From positions 1,800,001 through 1,864,000 of the forward strand of contig CM052818.1 in assembly GCA_028534125.1 (NCBI GenBank): DNA of 64,000 nucleotides, written 5' to 3'. Numbering within the stretch: the first letter of the stretch is position 1; each line of letters opens with the position of its first letter. This stretch comes from Lama glama (lineage: Eukaryota). Below are positions 1 through 13,010 of this stretch, piece by piece. Under the pieces are notes generated by a model. The model saw nothing but the letters and a program-made list of their open reading frames with translations, was not told where the DNA came from and did not search any database. The translations under genes and the position numbers were made by a program.

Positions 1-3000
1 GTATGAAGTAATGTCTCACTGCAGTTTTAATGCTCATTTTCCTAATGACTAATGATGCTGAGAATCTTTCCACGTGCTTATTAGACATTTGTTTATCATC
101 TTTGGAGAAATGTCTATTCAGATTCTTTCCTCCTTTTTTAATTGGGTCATTTGTCTTTTTTTTGTTTTTGAGTTGTAAGAGTATTTACTTCTAGTATATT
201 CTGGATACTAGACACATAATATATGATTTGCAAATTTTCTCCATTCTCTGGATCTTTTCACCTTTTGATACTGTTCTTTGATACAAAAAAGTTTTAAATT
301 TTGATGAAGTCCACATTTATCCTTTGTTTTTGCTGTTGCTTGTGCTTTTGGTGTGATAGCTAAGAATCTAAGACACTGTTGCTTGATCCAAAGTCATCAA
401 GATTTATGCCTTTATTTTATTCCAAGAATTTTATAGTTTTAGCTCTTACATTTAGGTCTTTGATGATCCCTTCTGAGCTGGGTTTTTGCATGTGGTGTAA
501 GTTAAGGTCCAAGTTCGTTCTTTTACATGTGAACATCCAGGTGTCCCAGCACCATTTGTTGAAAAGACTACTCTTTCCCCACAGACTAGTCTTGGCACCG
601 CTTGCTAAAATCAGCTGACTATAAATGTCTGTGTTGATTTCTGTACTCTCATTCCCATTCCATTGATTTATATGTCTATCCTTTGGACTTACGTATTTAT
701 TTTTTAATTTTGGGTTATAATCCAGTATATGGTATTTATTTATTTTATTGCTCAGATTATTCCAGGTTTAGTCATCGGCAGTTCTTTCAGGTTGGCTCCA
801 GTCTATCTTTGATGACCTCCCATAAGTTTGTTAAAAATACTTCCTTGCTGTATGAAACTATGAGGTGTTCCAAGCTCATCTCGTCCTTTCCCAGTTCCAG
901 CCCTGGAATTAACCTATTCTTCGTGGAGTCCTGGTTCCTTTCATGAGAGAATGATATTTAGAAACCAATATCTGGGTGCTAAATGTGCTCATTGCTATTG
1001 AGATGGCATTTTCTCGGCTCTCAGCTAGATACTCTATTATGTATGGTAACCCATGTATACACACATAGCTATGATTGTTTCTCTATACATCTGTGTGTGT
1101 ATGTAGGCATGTACAGTATGACGCACATATATAATCTACCATCGACTGGTCATTTACTTATTTATTCAACCCCAGTACACAGTTTCAGAATTGTTCATCC
1201 ACACCCCGACTTCCATCTGTTTCTAATTGTTATTTATACTATTTTTCATCATACAGAATTTTGAAATTTGATAGAGTTTAATTGTAAATCCTTTCCTTTA
1301 AGCTCCTGAGTTTTATATTTCGCCTTAAAAGGCTTTCCCACCCACCACCCACCAAGTTTATAAAAACAGTTTAGTTTTGTTTGACATTTAGATCTTTCTG
1401 TATTTTATTCTGGGGTTGTATAAGATGTATAGCAAACCCTGTTTTTTTTTTTCTCAACTGACGATCTGAAGGTCTTAAACACATATTATTATTATTAGTC
1501 AATCCTTTCCTCACTGATGTGCAATGCGTGGGTCTGTTCCTAGACTCAGTATTCTACTGGTCTGTCTATTTCTGTGTCAGTAAGAGCTGTTTTAACCTTT
1601 GTCATCTTAAAATGTGTTTTCATATCTAGTGGGGAAATTCTCCCATCACTGATCTTCTCCAAAAATTTCTTGGCTCTTCTTGTATGTTTATTCTCATAGA
1701 TGAGCGTTCTTATTAATTTGTGACATTTTCTTTTTAAAATCCCATGGAGATGTTGATTGGGATTACATTGAATTTATTCAATTTTGGAGAAATTGGCCCC
1801 CAATGTGATGAGTCTCTGTTTAGGTCTTCTTTTATGTCTTACATAAAGTTTTATGTTTTCTTCTCATAAGTGTTGCATTATTCATGAATTCACATTATTT
1901 GCATTACTCACATAAATCCACATGAATATTCATATCATTATATATTTTCAATTAAAATTTCAAATGGATGAATGCTAACATACAAGAAAGCTATTTGTCA
2001 TGTATCTGAACAAGTCTCTGTATGCTTTTATTGCATTGAATAGATTTTCAGTTGATTCTCTGGGATATTTTATTATGGGGAATCCTGATATCTGTAGATA
2101 ATGACAGTTTTTCATTCCTTTGTAAAGCAAAGAACTGTTCACTGGTAGGGGCATTAAACAGACAAATCACTAAGCCAACCTAATCAAGGAAAAAACAGTG
2201 TAAAAAAGCTCAGATACTATCGTGATTTCTAAACAAAATTAGAAATCAGACAGTGGAAATTACCACTAAAAGGAAGTTTAAATAATAATTTAAAATTATA
2301 GTTGAAATATAAGTAATGTTGAGAATAATTGTTACAATTTTGTGGCAGTAAGTCCACAAACCTAAAGAAAGATGGCTGATTCTTCTAGAGAAATATGTAT
2401 TGCCAAGATGGCCCCAGGAAGGGGGGGAAGGCCCAATGACCATGAAAGCAGCTGAAGAAATTGCCCAAGTGCTATCTCCAACACTTATACTCATAATTTC
2501 CATTCTTCCTGGCATTTCTGAGTTTTTTCTTTCTTTAATTACCTAAGGCAACCAGAAAATACTGAATGATAGCGGTAATGATAAGAACTTGCCTCTTTCC
2601 TTGCTCTAATCAAAGTGCTTCTAATATTTAGTTATTAGTTATAAGGTTTTCTAAAGGCTTACACAGTTAAGAGAGCCTTCTTCTATTCCTAGCTTACTAT
2701 CACCTTTTCTCAGAAATTACAGTTGAATTGTACCAAATACTTCTTTTTCAGCATGTTTCTTCCTTTTCCTTCACCCATTCGTATAGTAACGTCCTCACAT
2801 TGAAACATCTTTTGGTTCACTTATGGGTCCCTCTCCCTTGGCCAAGATGCCTTATTATTTTGATGAGCTTCTAGATTTTATTTAGTAACATTTCATTTAG
2901 GATTTTTGTATGAATATTCATAACTAATATTAGTCTGTACTAACAACATGTTTGTGCTGGCTTTGAAAGGCTTGTTTTGGTATGCAGGAAGAATTTTTTT

Positions 3001-3070
3001 ATGAAAACGTATCTTCTTTCTGCTTTGGTGTATCAAGGGTTATCTGTCCCTTGACATAACTTGAAAATTA
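1..3070 (-). mobile_element. Degenerate L1M fragments (ORF2 and 3' ends, several subfamilies); + oriented piece at ~2150-2480
   Basis: Typical antisense L1 text (CAGCACCATTTGTTGAAAAGACT, GATTGGGATTACATTGAAT); ORF 379-618 resembles an L1 antisense frame. Confidence 0.8.
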
Positions 3071-3149
3071 ACTTCATCTAGGGCAGGGGGAGGTAGCTAG
3101 CATGCTGGCCGTTGAGGTTTGTGATTCCTATAAGCCATCAGATCAGTGC

Positions 3150-5170
3150 GGATGGGGAGAAGCTATTAAGGCGGGAAGTCACTGAGAAAGTAGGTTACCA
3201 GCAGACTTAGTTTGTATAAATTATCTCTACACACACTCTTACTCAGCCTGAAGATTCCTCTACTCTGAAGACAGTAGAAATGGGGAGGGGGGTGAGGGGT
3301 GATTCAGGAATCAACATGGAAGATGAATCAAAGGACTTTGGTTAACTAAACTGCCAGGGAGGTGGGAGATGTCAAGTTAATGTCCCCTTGGTTTACTGGA
3401 GGGAAAAAAAATATGACAGAGCTGCTGGAAACAAGAGGTTTCAGAGGAGAGGTGTTTTTAGAAAAAAAATAGGAATTCAGTCTTAGACATGTGTCAAAGA
3501 GATCTTTTAGAAGCTTGATGAGGGAAAGAGATCGGGCACAGAGTGCTGTCAGATGGTAAATGTAATTCTCACAACGAATTTATCTCCGATCAGGAAGCTG
3601 GAGGCCTAGAAAGATTGAGTTCTTCAGGATCTTTTGACTCTAACAATCATGTTCCTTCCATTGCATCCTTTATGAGGTGTCAGCCCAGAGTTCATTGGCA
3701 TCCAGGGAAAGTCTTTTCAGGCTAAGAGAGATCATTGTCTTGGTTATGGGCAGAAGGGGAGGAACATTTAGAAATGGATAGAATAAAGTCGCTTGAAGTG
3801 AGTGAGATCCTGGCGAACGCACAGAAGACAGGATTTATCCAGAGAGCGTAGACACTGGGACCGTGACGAGGAAGAGTGCAGAGCTTCTGTGCTTGACATC
3901 ATTTTCATCCATCAAGAGAAGGGAGCACGGCCTGAATTACCAGATTTCCCAGTTCAACCGATGCAACCCACCACCACTCCTTCCCCTCTCTTCTCCAGTG
4001 GTTCCAGAAAGCAGGAACCATTGCCTTCATTGCCAAGACTGGGGGTGGTGTGTGAAATGAGAAAGAGAGAAAGGGCCACAGTGATATGCTAAGTGCTGGG
4101 GTGGTAGGTACCGAATGTCCTGGAGCGCCAAGGAGAGGGTGACAAACCGGGAAGCTCCGCAAAGAATGTGAGCTTGAATTGGGTTTTAAAAGATAAGCGG
4201 GAGTTTACCAGTCAAGGAAAGGGGGATAGTGAAAACAAGGATATTCAAAGCAGGGGTGACTGGTGTGTGTAAAGACTTAGGTCACTTTGTACCTATCAGA
4301 CTGGCAAAATGACACAGGTGTTGTTTCCAAGAGGGGCCCCAGGCACCGTTGTGCACCGCTGATGAGTGTGGACCAGTGCAGCCTGTCTGGGGTCACACAG
4401 CACAACTTTAACGTGTGCACATCCCCCAGGACCGTGTAGGCTCATTCCTGGTTAAGCCCCGAGAGAAAGTAACGTCCGATGCACAATGTTTACAGAGACA
4501 GGGAGCTGGAAGAGATCTCGGTGTCTGTTACTAGAGTGAAATGTGGTAGATACATATTTGGGAATATTTTACAGCAGAGTAACAAATTAGAAGTACATAA
4601 AGCAACATAAATAAGTCTCAACATTTTTTAAAATCCAAAATGAACAAAGTCTATATTGCAAGATCATTTGTGTTAGTTAAAGATACATGCATACCAAAGG
4701 TAGCACTGTTTTCAAAGAGGCGCACACCTCGGGGGGTGAGTCTGGGGGCAGGGGTGGGGGATCACGCGTAAGGCTGGGGATCAAAGGGGAAAAGGAAACA
4801 AGCGGGAAGCCTGCACTGACTGATACATCCAGGAACTGAAGCGTGTGATGATCGGTTTCCTGCCCCTAAAGTTCACATAAAGGACCTAGAAGTGAAAAAG
4901 CGCACGGTGTGCTTTTGCCACGGAAGAGGCTGGGTGAGTTGGCGGGAGCCCCAGAGCTGAGGCTGGAGTCAAGAGTGCCGTGATCCGGAGGGCAACAGGG
5001 AGCTGCCGACAGCTTTTAAGAACATATTTCAAAAGATCCCTCCTGGTGACCCTGAGGAAAGCCTGGAGACAGTGGAGTGTTTAGAAGACTACTTTAAAAT
5101 GACAGGAGAAAGACACGGCGATCAGAACTAACGTGGGTGGGAGGTAGCAAACGGTGAGTGGTCTGGAGCA
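3150..5170 (-). mobile_element. L2 fragments interrupted by an old L1ME-like 3' piece (~4280-4700, +)
   Basis: Purine-rich L2-like text (GGAATTCAGTCTTAGACATG, GAGCTTGAATTGGGTTTTAAAAGATAAG); highly diverged. Confidence 0.5.
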
Positions 5171-5364
5171 AGTGCCATCCAGGGCCAGTGGGGGACCCCC
5201 CTAGACCACCTCCTCTTTGAATGGAAGCAGTCGCTGGCTTCCCTGTTTCCGGAGATCTGCTCAGTGTGACGCCTTTCGGCAGCAGGGAGGCTGGAGTGAC
5301 ATCATATCTCCTCTCCTGATCTCTGCCCCTCCTCTGTCTCGGGCTCTCCGGGCACAGAAAGCAG

Positions 5365-5460
5365 GAGGCTCAGGTGCCAAGTCCAGTTCTTCCCTCCGGT
5401 TTCAGAAGTGACCTTGAACAGGTCACACCTTCCCTTGGGGGCCTCACTTCCCCTCTCTTC
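5365..5460 (+). mobile_element. MIR core fragment
   Basis: GTGACCTTGAACAGGTCAC...GGCCTCACTTCCC resembles the MIR core. Confidence 0.5.
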
Positions 5461-6539
5461 CTTTCTCAGTTCCCACTTTCTCGGGTTCCATATTATTTCT
5501 CTAGGAATCTCGGCCCCTCCTGAAATTCCCCCAGGTGTCTCCAAAGTCCTGACATCCTCTTTAATCTTCTAGCTCCCCTGCCCCGCCCTGGTGAGGGGGG
5601 GCAACGAATTGGTCTCGTAATGGCGCGGCTGATCGCATTATGGGTGTCTAATGCAATATGTCCTCACGAGGACCATCCATCAGGGCAGAGTCCCTCCCCA
5701 GGTCCCTGCCACCCGAGTCCCATTAGGCAGGCAGCCCATTCATCACGACCACACACCTCCATGGAGACTGGCCCAGACAGATGAGGGGCCAAATCAGATT
5801 TATGGGGAGGAATCGTGGAAAAAATCAGCCCCATCCATCTCCCAGACACTGAGGAGGGAGCCCTGTGTCCCCACTCCCTCCAAGGCTCCTTGGGGAAACG
5901 GGTGCTAATGGAGGAAACAGCCGAGTTGCTTTTGTCTTCCTGAAGGACCATCCCGGAGCCCCCGTGTCACCTGGCACAGCCCTCCAACTGGCTTCTCTGG
6001 GAGTTCATAATCTGGGGAGCAAAGCCCCTGCCAGGCCTGGGGGACAGTGCCCAGAGTCAGCACCACCACTGAGAACCCAGGGAACTCCTGTCATGGGGTC
6101 TTGGATGGGGCTGACTGTGAGCAGAGGATGGGGAGGAGGAGGCACTGAGCCAGTGGTGGCAGTCCAGGGACACCGTCTCAGGGAAGCTGATTTCACCTGG
6201 GCCTTCAGTCTGGGATGAAGCCTCGCCCGGGGCCCATCTGTGCTCTGCTCGGCCAGCCTGGCCAATTCTCCTGAGCCAGGAAAAGACGGAGTGTTGGGAA
6301 AGGACCCGAGCAGGAAAGGGGAAAACGACCTTCCAGGTCTCAGGATTGATGAAATCCAAAGCTCGTATGACTTGGGGGGGCCTTTTGAATAAAAAGAATG
6401 CAAAGTGTGAATTGCCAGTCTTCGGAACAGCCGGTACAAGAGAGAGACCCCAAAGCTTAAGCTGTCTCGGCTTCACCCCGAATCTGTCCCAGCTCTGGAT
6501 CCACCACTGCACCAAGTATTTTAGCTGGAGTATCTTTTT

Positions 6540-6650
6540 TTAAATCCTCATGACTGTGAGTTGCCCAGGAAGACAAGTCTTATTCTTCCCCGTTCTTGTA
6601 AGAAAATTGAGCCTCAGAGGTGAAGTGACTTGGCTAAGACTCTCCAGCCG
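6540..6650 (-). mobile_element. MIR fragment
   Basis: AAGAAAATTGAGCCTCAGAGGTGAAGTGACTTGGCTAAG is the antisense MIR core. Confidence 0.65.
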
Positions 6651-8130
6651 GGGAAGGGCTGTGTGGTGCTGGCTGGTCCTCTGGTGGGTGGGGCGGGCCC
6701 TCCGGCTCAGGTGGCTCCTTTCCCCGAGCTACCCAAGCCACAGAGAGGGTGTGTTCTGTCACCGCAGTTGCTCCATCCCCCAAGGGCCCCAGCTGCCCTG
6801 GGGATCCTGGGAGAGACCCATCAGAGTCACAGGAGCCCTGAGTGATCAGGGATGGGTGCTCGGAGCTTAGGGCTCCCTGTGCCTTACAATAGATCGTCTT
6901 GCTTCCCCTAAACTGCCCATGGCCCCATCTGAGCTAGTCCTGGTGGAGGGAGCTCAGGGGCTGAGCAGAGCTGGAAGCCTCTATCAGGGGCCCAGGCAGA
7001 AGGCCACAAAGGGTCCTCTTTATGTTAGTGTGGCCTTCTGTGAGGAGCCGGCCCCAGCCCACCCCCAGCCTCATCCCCTGTGGGCCACCCTCCCTCAACA
7101 CAGGCCCAGATGAGCTGCCCCTCTCACTGCGGGCCAAGCCATCACTGCTCGTCTGGGTACTACGGTGCGGAGAAGGATGGGAGGCGTCCTTCAAGGCCAC
7201 GAAGCTCCGTCCCTGAGGCAGCTTGTGGAGAATGGGGGGGTGGGGGCTGGGCATGTGCAGCACTTAGGGAGGGAGGCGGCGAAGGTGTGGATCTCCCTGA
7301 GCGTGTGTGACAGCAGAGAGCATCCATGAGAATAACAGGCTTGTATCCACCCAGGAGAGGAAGCGCTGCCAGCTTTTCCCTGGGCTGTTTTGCTCTCCAC
7401 GTGATGGTGGTGCCGGCTAACTTCCCACAGCCGCCACTTGCCCCTGAGGGCAGTGCCATGTCTCCCTTCAGACGTGCACCTAGCCTAGGGCTGTCCGAGC
7501 TGGTGCTTGGCTAACTATGTGTAGAGCCCTGCCCTAAGCATCTCCATCCTCCTCCCCTCCCCTCCCCTGTCTCCCACCCTCCTCTCTGGTCTTCCCCCAC
7601 CGCCCAGGCCCCTCCAGGCCAGCTCTGCAGCCCTGCTTCTCCTGCAGTACGTGGGACCCCCTGCGTGGGTCAGGGCCATGCGTGGGAAGAGGTCCCGTCC
7701 CTCTCTATACATTGCCTGGTTTTCTTCCCACGCTTTCTCCTTCCCCTCTTCCCACACGGGATTTATGTGTGACTGCTCCATCTATTAGGTTTTGATCCTC
7801 ACACTCCCTGCCCCCACAGAGGTCCCTTCCTGTCTCAGCCCTGAGCACAGAGCAGAAGGCTACGGGGTCAGGGTGTGTTCCCCAGGAACCCCCAGTCCGC
7901 TAAGGACACAGCGTGAGGGGGCAGCTCTGCTTTGATGAATGACAGGCAGCCTGGGCTGGCAAGACCCCTACCCACTTAGGAGACGCCCCGAAAAGTGTTT
8001 ATGTCACTGTATGACGTGCTGCAAAGCTCGCTGAAATAGATGGTTTCATATACAAACGTAAGATGCCAAAATGAACTCGGCAGCTGAATAAAGAATTCTA
8101 CTAATGGGAGTGCACAGGTTAGGAAGCTCT

Positions 8131-8176
8131 GCGTGTGCTCTGTGTGTGCTCTGTGTGTGTGTGTGTGTGTGTGTGT
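8131..8176. repeat. (TG)n microsatellite, interrupted
   Basis: Direct reading. Confidence 0.9.
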
Positions 8177-8419
8177 CCGAAGGGTGGGCAGGGGTGCAGT
8201 TACTAACCTGAGCTCCTTGACAATCCCGAGATTCTAAGTGCTGAGGGGAAACAAACAGATAGGTTAATCGGTCTCAAGTGAGGTTAACTAGGACGTGAGT
8301 TTGGGGCAAAGAAAAGAGGTCCTTCTTTCCCAGACTCCTTTTTCTCTGCCTTGTATGTCGGTGGTCCTCTGGGCTCTCTCCTAAGCCCACTTCTCTTTTT
8401 GGGTGGGCTTCTCTCCTCT

Positions 8420-8735
8420 CACATCTTCCATTAGCATCTGAGTGCAAATGATATTTAAATATCTCACCGCCCACCAGAAAGCTCCATTTGAATATCCCTT
8501 AATCACCTGGGACCTTTCAGGGCAAAATCAAGCCCGTCGTCTTGTCCCCTGAGCCTCGCTCTCCTCCTGGGTTCCCTAGCTCAGTGCATAACTCCACTAT
8601 GGCCCCAGTTACTCAGCCTGAAATCCTAACCACCCCCCATCTCTCCACACCTAATTGGTAGCCAGATAGGTGGGCTTTTTGGTTGGAACTCTAAATACTT
8701 CTAAAATATGTCCACTCTTCTCCATCCTCACTGCT
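8420..8735 (+). mobile_element. L2 fragment
   Basis: CCCAGTTACTCAGCCTGAAATCCT and CCACTCTTCTCCATCCTCACTGC resemble L2. Confidence 0.5.
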
Positions 8736-8737
8736 GC

Positions 8738-9010
8738 TAGCGTGGTTTAGTCCTTAGTATACTGGCCGAGGGCTCAGACTCGAATGCAGATTCCCTGGCT
8801 TTGAATTCTAGAGGAGATTAAGTCTAACCCCCAAGGTGCAAGATTCACTTGGGCAAATTGTCCCATCACTTGGTGGCTCTGATTCTTCCTCCTGGGGAAG
8901 TGGGAAAAGAGTATCTACCTCCTGGGGCTGATGTGAGGACTGAATTTCAAGTAATACATGTGAAATGCTTTTAAAATTGCCAGGCACAGGGGAAGTGTCA
9001 GCGACCATGA
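8738..9010 (+). mobile_element. MIR, near full length
   Basis: CTGGCTTTGAATTCT...TTGGGCAAATT...TACCTCCTGGGGCTGATGTGAGGACTGAA...TGCCAGGCACAG. Confidence 0.75.
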
Positions 9011-10831
9011 CTGTGGTGTCATCACCATTGTCACCACCGCTGTTATTACCTGAGCTATCACCAGGCTCGTAACACGGCTGCCGGCCTCATCTCACTCCCT
9101 CCTAATCCACTCGCCACACTGAAGCGGTGCCCGAGGCTCGGGTAGGGAGACTACAGTGTTCCGTTACCAGAGGCGAGTGGCCGGGCAGAGCCGGGGCCTC
9201 GGTCTAGAGGATTCCAGAGCCATTGATCTTGGCTACGAGGTCACTCTGCGTATTTGCTGCAAATAGGAAGAATGAATGGATTTGGAACAAGAAGGCAAGA
9301 AACCAATGGAGGCAAAAACTAAAAGAGAGAGTCAGAGGAACTCCGGATTTTCCATATGGAAGGGATTCCAGGGCAGCCATCTAGTTGCAAGGGGCAGGAG
9401 ACCGGGAGACTTGCACTGAAGCTTGGTTTGAAGGGGAAGCATAAGGCTTTGGTGGGGATGCTGATGGAGAGAATGGGTGGGAGGAGCTCAAGTCCTGCCG
9501 GTACCCGATAACCTGCCGGTACTTCCAAACTGGCCAGGCTCAGGCAGTGAGGACCAGGTGAAATCCTGGAGGGATCCAGCCCTGGCCATCGGAGCAGACT
9601 GGACCACAGGGCGTCTTCCTGGGAATTCCTCCTATCTCTGACCACCCATCAGTGTCTGGGGAGGAAACAAATGGAAGCTGTACCATCTGGGATCAAGTTC
9701 GCTTGGAGCAGGGGTGGGGTGGGGGTGGGGTGGGGGTGGGATGGGCGTGAGAAGAGAGGCGGGGGGTGTTCAGGTGGGCAACCCACACAGCCTCCCTGTC
9801 TGCATCCACTCCTCCGGCTCCTTCTTCTGAGAGAGTCAGCAGGAGCCATGGCCTCATGCAGGAGGAAGTGATTTGGACTCGGGGGTGGGGAGCTCTGCCA
9901 ACTAGCTTCTCAGGTTAGCTCTGCTCTCCGAGCTTTCTGAGCAAGGCTGCCAGTCAGTCGGCCTGCCTGCCCGCTGGGTGGCTTCTGGACAAAAGCCAGC
10001 TGGGAACCGGAAGGCGGGGAAGGGATAGACTGGTTTCAGGCACTGGCTCTGAACTCTGGATCTGAGGCTGGTGATTTGGGTTGCTGCCCTCCCCTCTGCC
10101 CCCAAAGAATGGAAAGCTTTGGGAAAGCGGTCCAATGACCCCATGTACTTTGCTTCAGGCCCCAAACTGCCTTGACAGTTCATCTTTCTCCCTTTAGCAA
10201 TCCTGGGAGTTCAGGTGCAGGGCAGAACTTTGGCAGGGAAGAGCCTGCCCCATCCCTGGCCCAACCAGACCCCAGCAGACAATCTGGCTGCACGGGCTGA
10301 GATGTGGGAGGGACAGAGGGCACCGTACCTCTGCAGTTGACTTCTCTGAGAACGCTTCCCTGGCATGGGGTGGGGTGGGGGCTGGGAAGGAGAGCCCTGG
10401 AGGGAGGGAGCTCCAGCTCGTCTGACTCAGCCCCATGTGAAAATGAACAGTGTTCCTTTCAAAAATCAACAATCTTGCAATGTCTAGGATCCGTGGGATT
10501 TTCGCAGCGGAGGTTGAGGGTGGGAGAAAGAGTTTTTAACACCAAGCGACATGCAGGCAAATTCACTGAGAGCCACCCGACCACATCCCCGCCTTTGACA
10601 TCGGTGTTTTACCTTCCACAAAAGCCCTGGGTTCTCTGCCCTGCCTTGCTTTTTTTCTTCCTGGATCCCAATTGTCAAGCCTTCAAGAAAATGCACTTCA
10701 GTCCTTTGTCACTGAGTGTAATTTGATAAACTGAGCAGAAACACACTGCTCTCCCCATCCTTTCAAAAACTGTTACCGCCAGAGAAAGAGGATGGGGAAA
10801 AGAGATCTGAGGTCTTTGAATGGAAGTTTAA

Positions 10832-10866
10832 GCACGCGCGCACGCACACACACACACACACACACA
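10832..10866. repeat. (CG)/(CA)n microsatellite
   Basis: GCACGCGCGCACGCACACACA... Confidence 0.9.
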
Positions 10867-12894
10867 GAGTCTCATGCACATACCAGGACATGGAGTTGCC
10901 TGGGATGGGAGGAGGTTGAATCCCAGACTCTCCTGCGTGGGGCCTGGCCCTGGGGTCCTGGGGCGGATGCCCTCCCGGCTCCCAGCGGCTCCCCTAGTTG
11001 CGGGCCTGGTTGCAACCGCCCAGTGGGCGGTGCCAGGGCAGGTTGCAGGCTATAAAGGCTCTTGGCTCCCCGGGCCTGAGGGAACGCCATCTCTGCGGCA
11101 GTGTCCCTGCCAGCCACAGCCGGCGTGGGGCCCGGCCGGTGTCCCATCGCCACTGGGCAGCCTACTCTTTTCCAGGCAGTGCCGACTTGGACACTGTCAG
11201 CTCCTGGTACCTACCTCGTTCTCTCCATTGGCAAGTCCCTTTTGGGGTCGCTTTCGTCTGAGTTGGGTGTGGGGCGGGAGGGAAAAGACTGGGGGTGTGT
11301 GGGCTCTGACAGGGGAGGATGGGGGTATTTCCATTTCTCTGAAAAATGTTCCTTTTGGGGCAAGTGTCGGAAGCGGAGATTTCTGAGATGAGCTCTGGAG
11401 TGAGGCTTGTTCCCCATTCGGGAGAAGGAGAAAGCTGCAAAATTCTTTCCTGAGGGCTGCCCCCTTCCCAGGGCTGCAAGGGGGTGGGTGAGGGGCTCCG
11501 TGCGAGCTGTGGGTCTCAGAAGCTGGGAGTGAGGCGCCAGGCTGTGTCTGCATCTGGCCCTGCCAGGTAGAGACACTTAGATAGGGGCTGTTATCTATAA
11601 AACCAAACTTAAAATATATATATATATATAGAAATAGCCAGTGATGAGAGGATTCTGGGGGTGGGGTGGGAGCAAGTCACACTAAGGGACAAAGAGAAGG
11701 AAACCTTTAAGAAATAAATAACCAGCATCTAGAATCCAGATCTTCAGAAGCATCCCAAACAGCAGGATGGCGGCTCCGAATAGGAGGGTGGGCTGGCTGG
11801 GACTCCGGCAGGTGGTGGGTTTGAAGGCGTCAGTAAATGTTCTAAACAACAGCTAAGGAGCCCTTGAAGCTGCAAAGCAGAGGAAGGAGCAGCACCCAGC
11901 CCCTGGGGTCCCCAGAAAGGCAGCATCAGGGCCCCGTGGGGACTTACAAGCTGAGCTGGGTTAAGCCCCTAGCCTGCAACCAGCTTGGACAGCAGGGATT
12001 CCAGCCCCTCCCGGGAGAGTCAAGGCACAGTCAGGGAGTGTCCTCTAAACTGTCCTTGAAGGTTGGGCGCCAGAAGGGCACTGCTCGCCTTATGGTGCCC
12101 GTCTCGGAGGGAGGGCAGAGAGTGGGATCAGGTAGGCAAACAGGCCAGAGGATGAATACCTGGGGCCGCAGCTGGGATCCAGGGCCACAAGGGTGCTGCT
12201 CCAGTTCCGGAGAAGCAGCGGCGGAGCGTGTCTGAGCAGCAGCCGGGGTCCCAGGGTGGGTCCTCTCCTCCACAGCCCCGCAGAAAGAAATAGAATGTTG
12301 CTTCCCCGCTGGACTTGAATGTTTTCAGGCAAGGGGGGGTCAGCTGCTGGCCTGCGTGTACAGAAAAGCAGCAGAAGGAAATGGGGACCAGCCTGAGGCC
12401 CTGGGGAGTATGACAGGGAGCAAGGAGCTGATTTCCGAGGCTTCCTGGGTGCCAGCAAGGCAGGACAGGGCTAAGAGTGGAGAGAGCCCCCTGAGGTGAA
12501 GTTCTGAGCTTTGTCCCTCTGGCTAGATGACCAGGGGCCACATGGGGGCCAGGAAGATCTGCCGCAGCCTTCTGGTCTCACTGCAACACTGGCCACCCCA
12601 CCTCTATCCCAGGCTTTCGCTTCTTTTCATTTGGCTCTGGTCAGGGGAAGCAGAGGTACTTTAAGGGAAAAGAATGAAAAGAAGTGTCAGTTTTTTTAAA
12701 ATTCCGGGCCCAAACTATGCAAAATTAAGTGTAAAACGGACACCTCCCTCTGTCATCAGCTTTAATGGTCAGAAGCACGGACATGAAACAAAGGGGCAGC
12801 TGCCCTGTGGGACAGGCTGTCATGTCTCAGGGGGCTGCATGCTTGTCTGGGAGGAGAGGGACCAGGACAATGCAATGGGGATGGGGAGGGGGGC

Positions 12895-13010
12895 TCTGGG
12901 CCTCGGATTTTTCATCAGTAGAAAAAGTTGGATGTGAATCTAATATCTAAAAATAGTGTTATCTCACAGGGCTGTGTGGAGATGAAATAAAATAGTATCT
13001 GCAGAAGAGA
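12895..13010 (+). mobile_element. MIR fragment
   Basis: CTGGGCCTCGGATTTTTCATCAGTAGAAAA...ATCTCACAGGGCTGTGTGGAGATGAAAT. Confidence 0.65.

Noticed and set aside
5409..5425. TGACCTTGA NR5A/ERR site and everted repeat
   Set aside because: Lies within a MIR core whose consensus already contains TGACCTTG; likewise the site at 25791
1..13000. Exons of a neighbouring gene such as EXOC6B
   Set aside because: No recognisable coding exon found; the region is repeats and unique non-coding DNA
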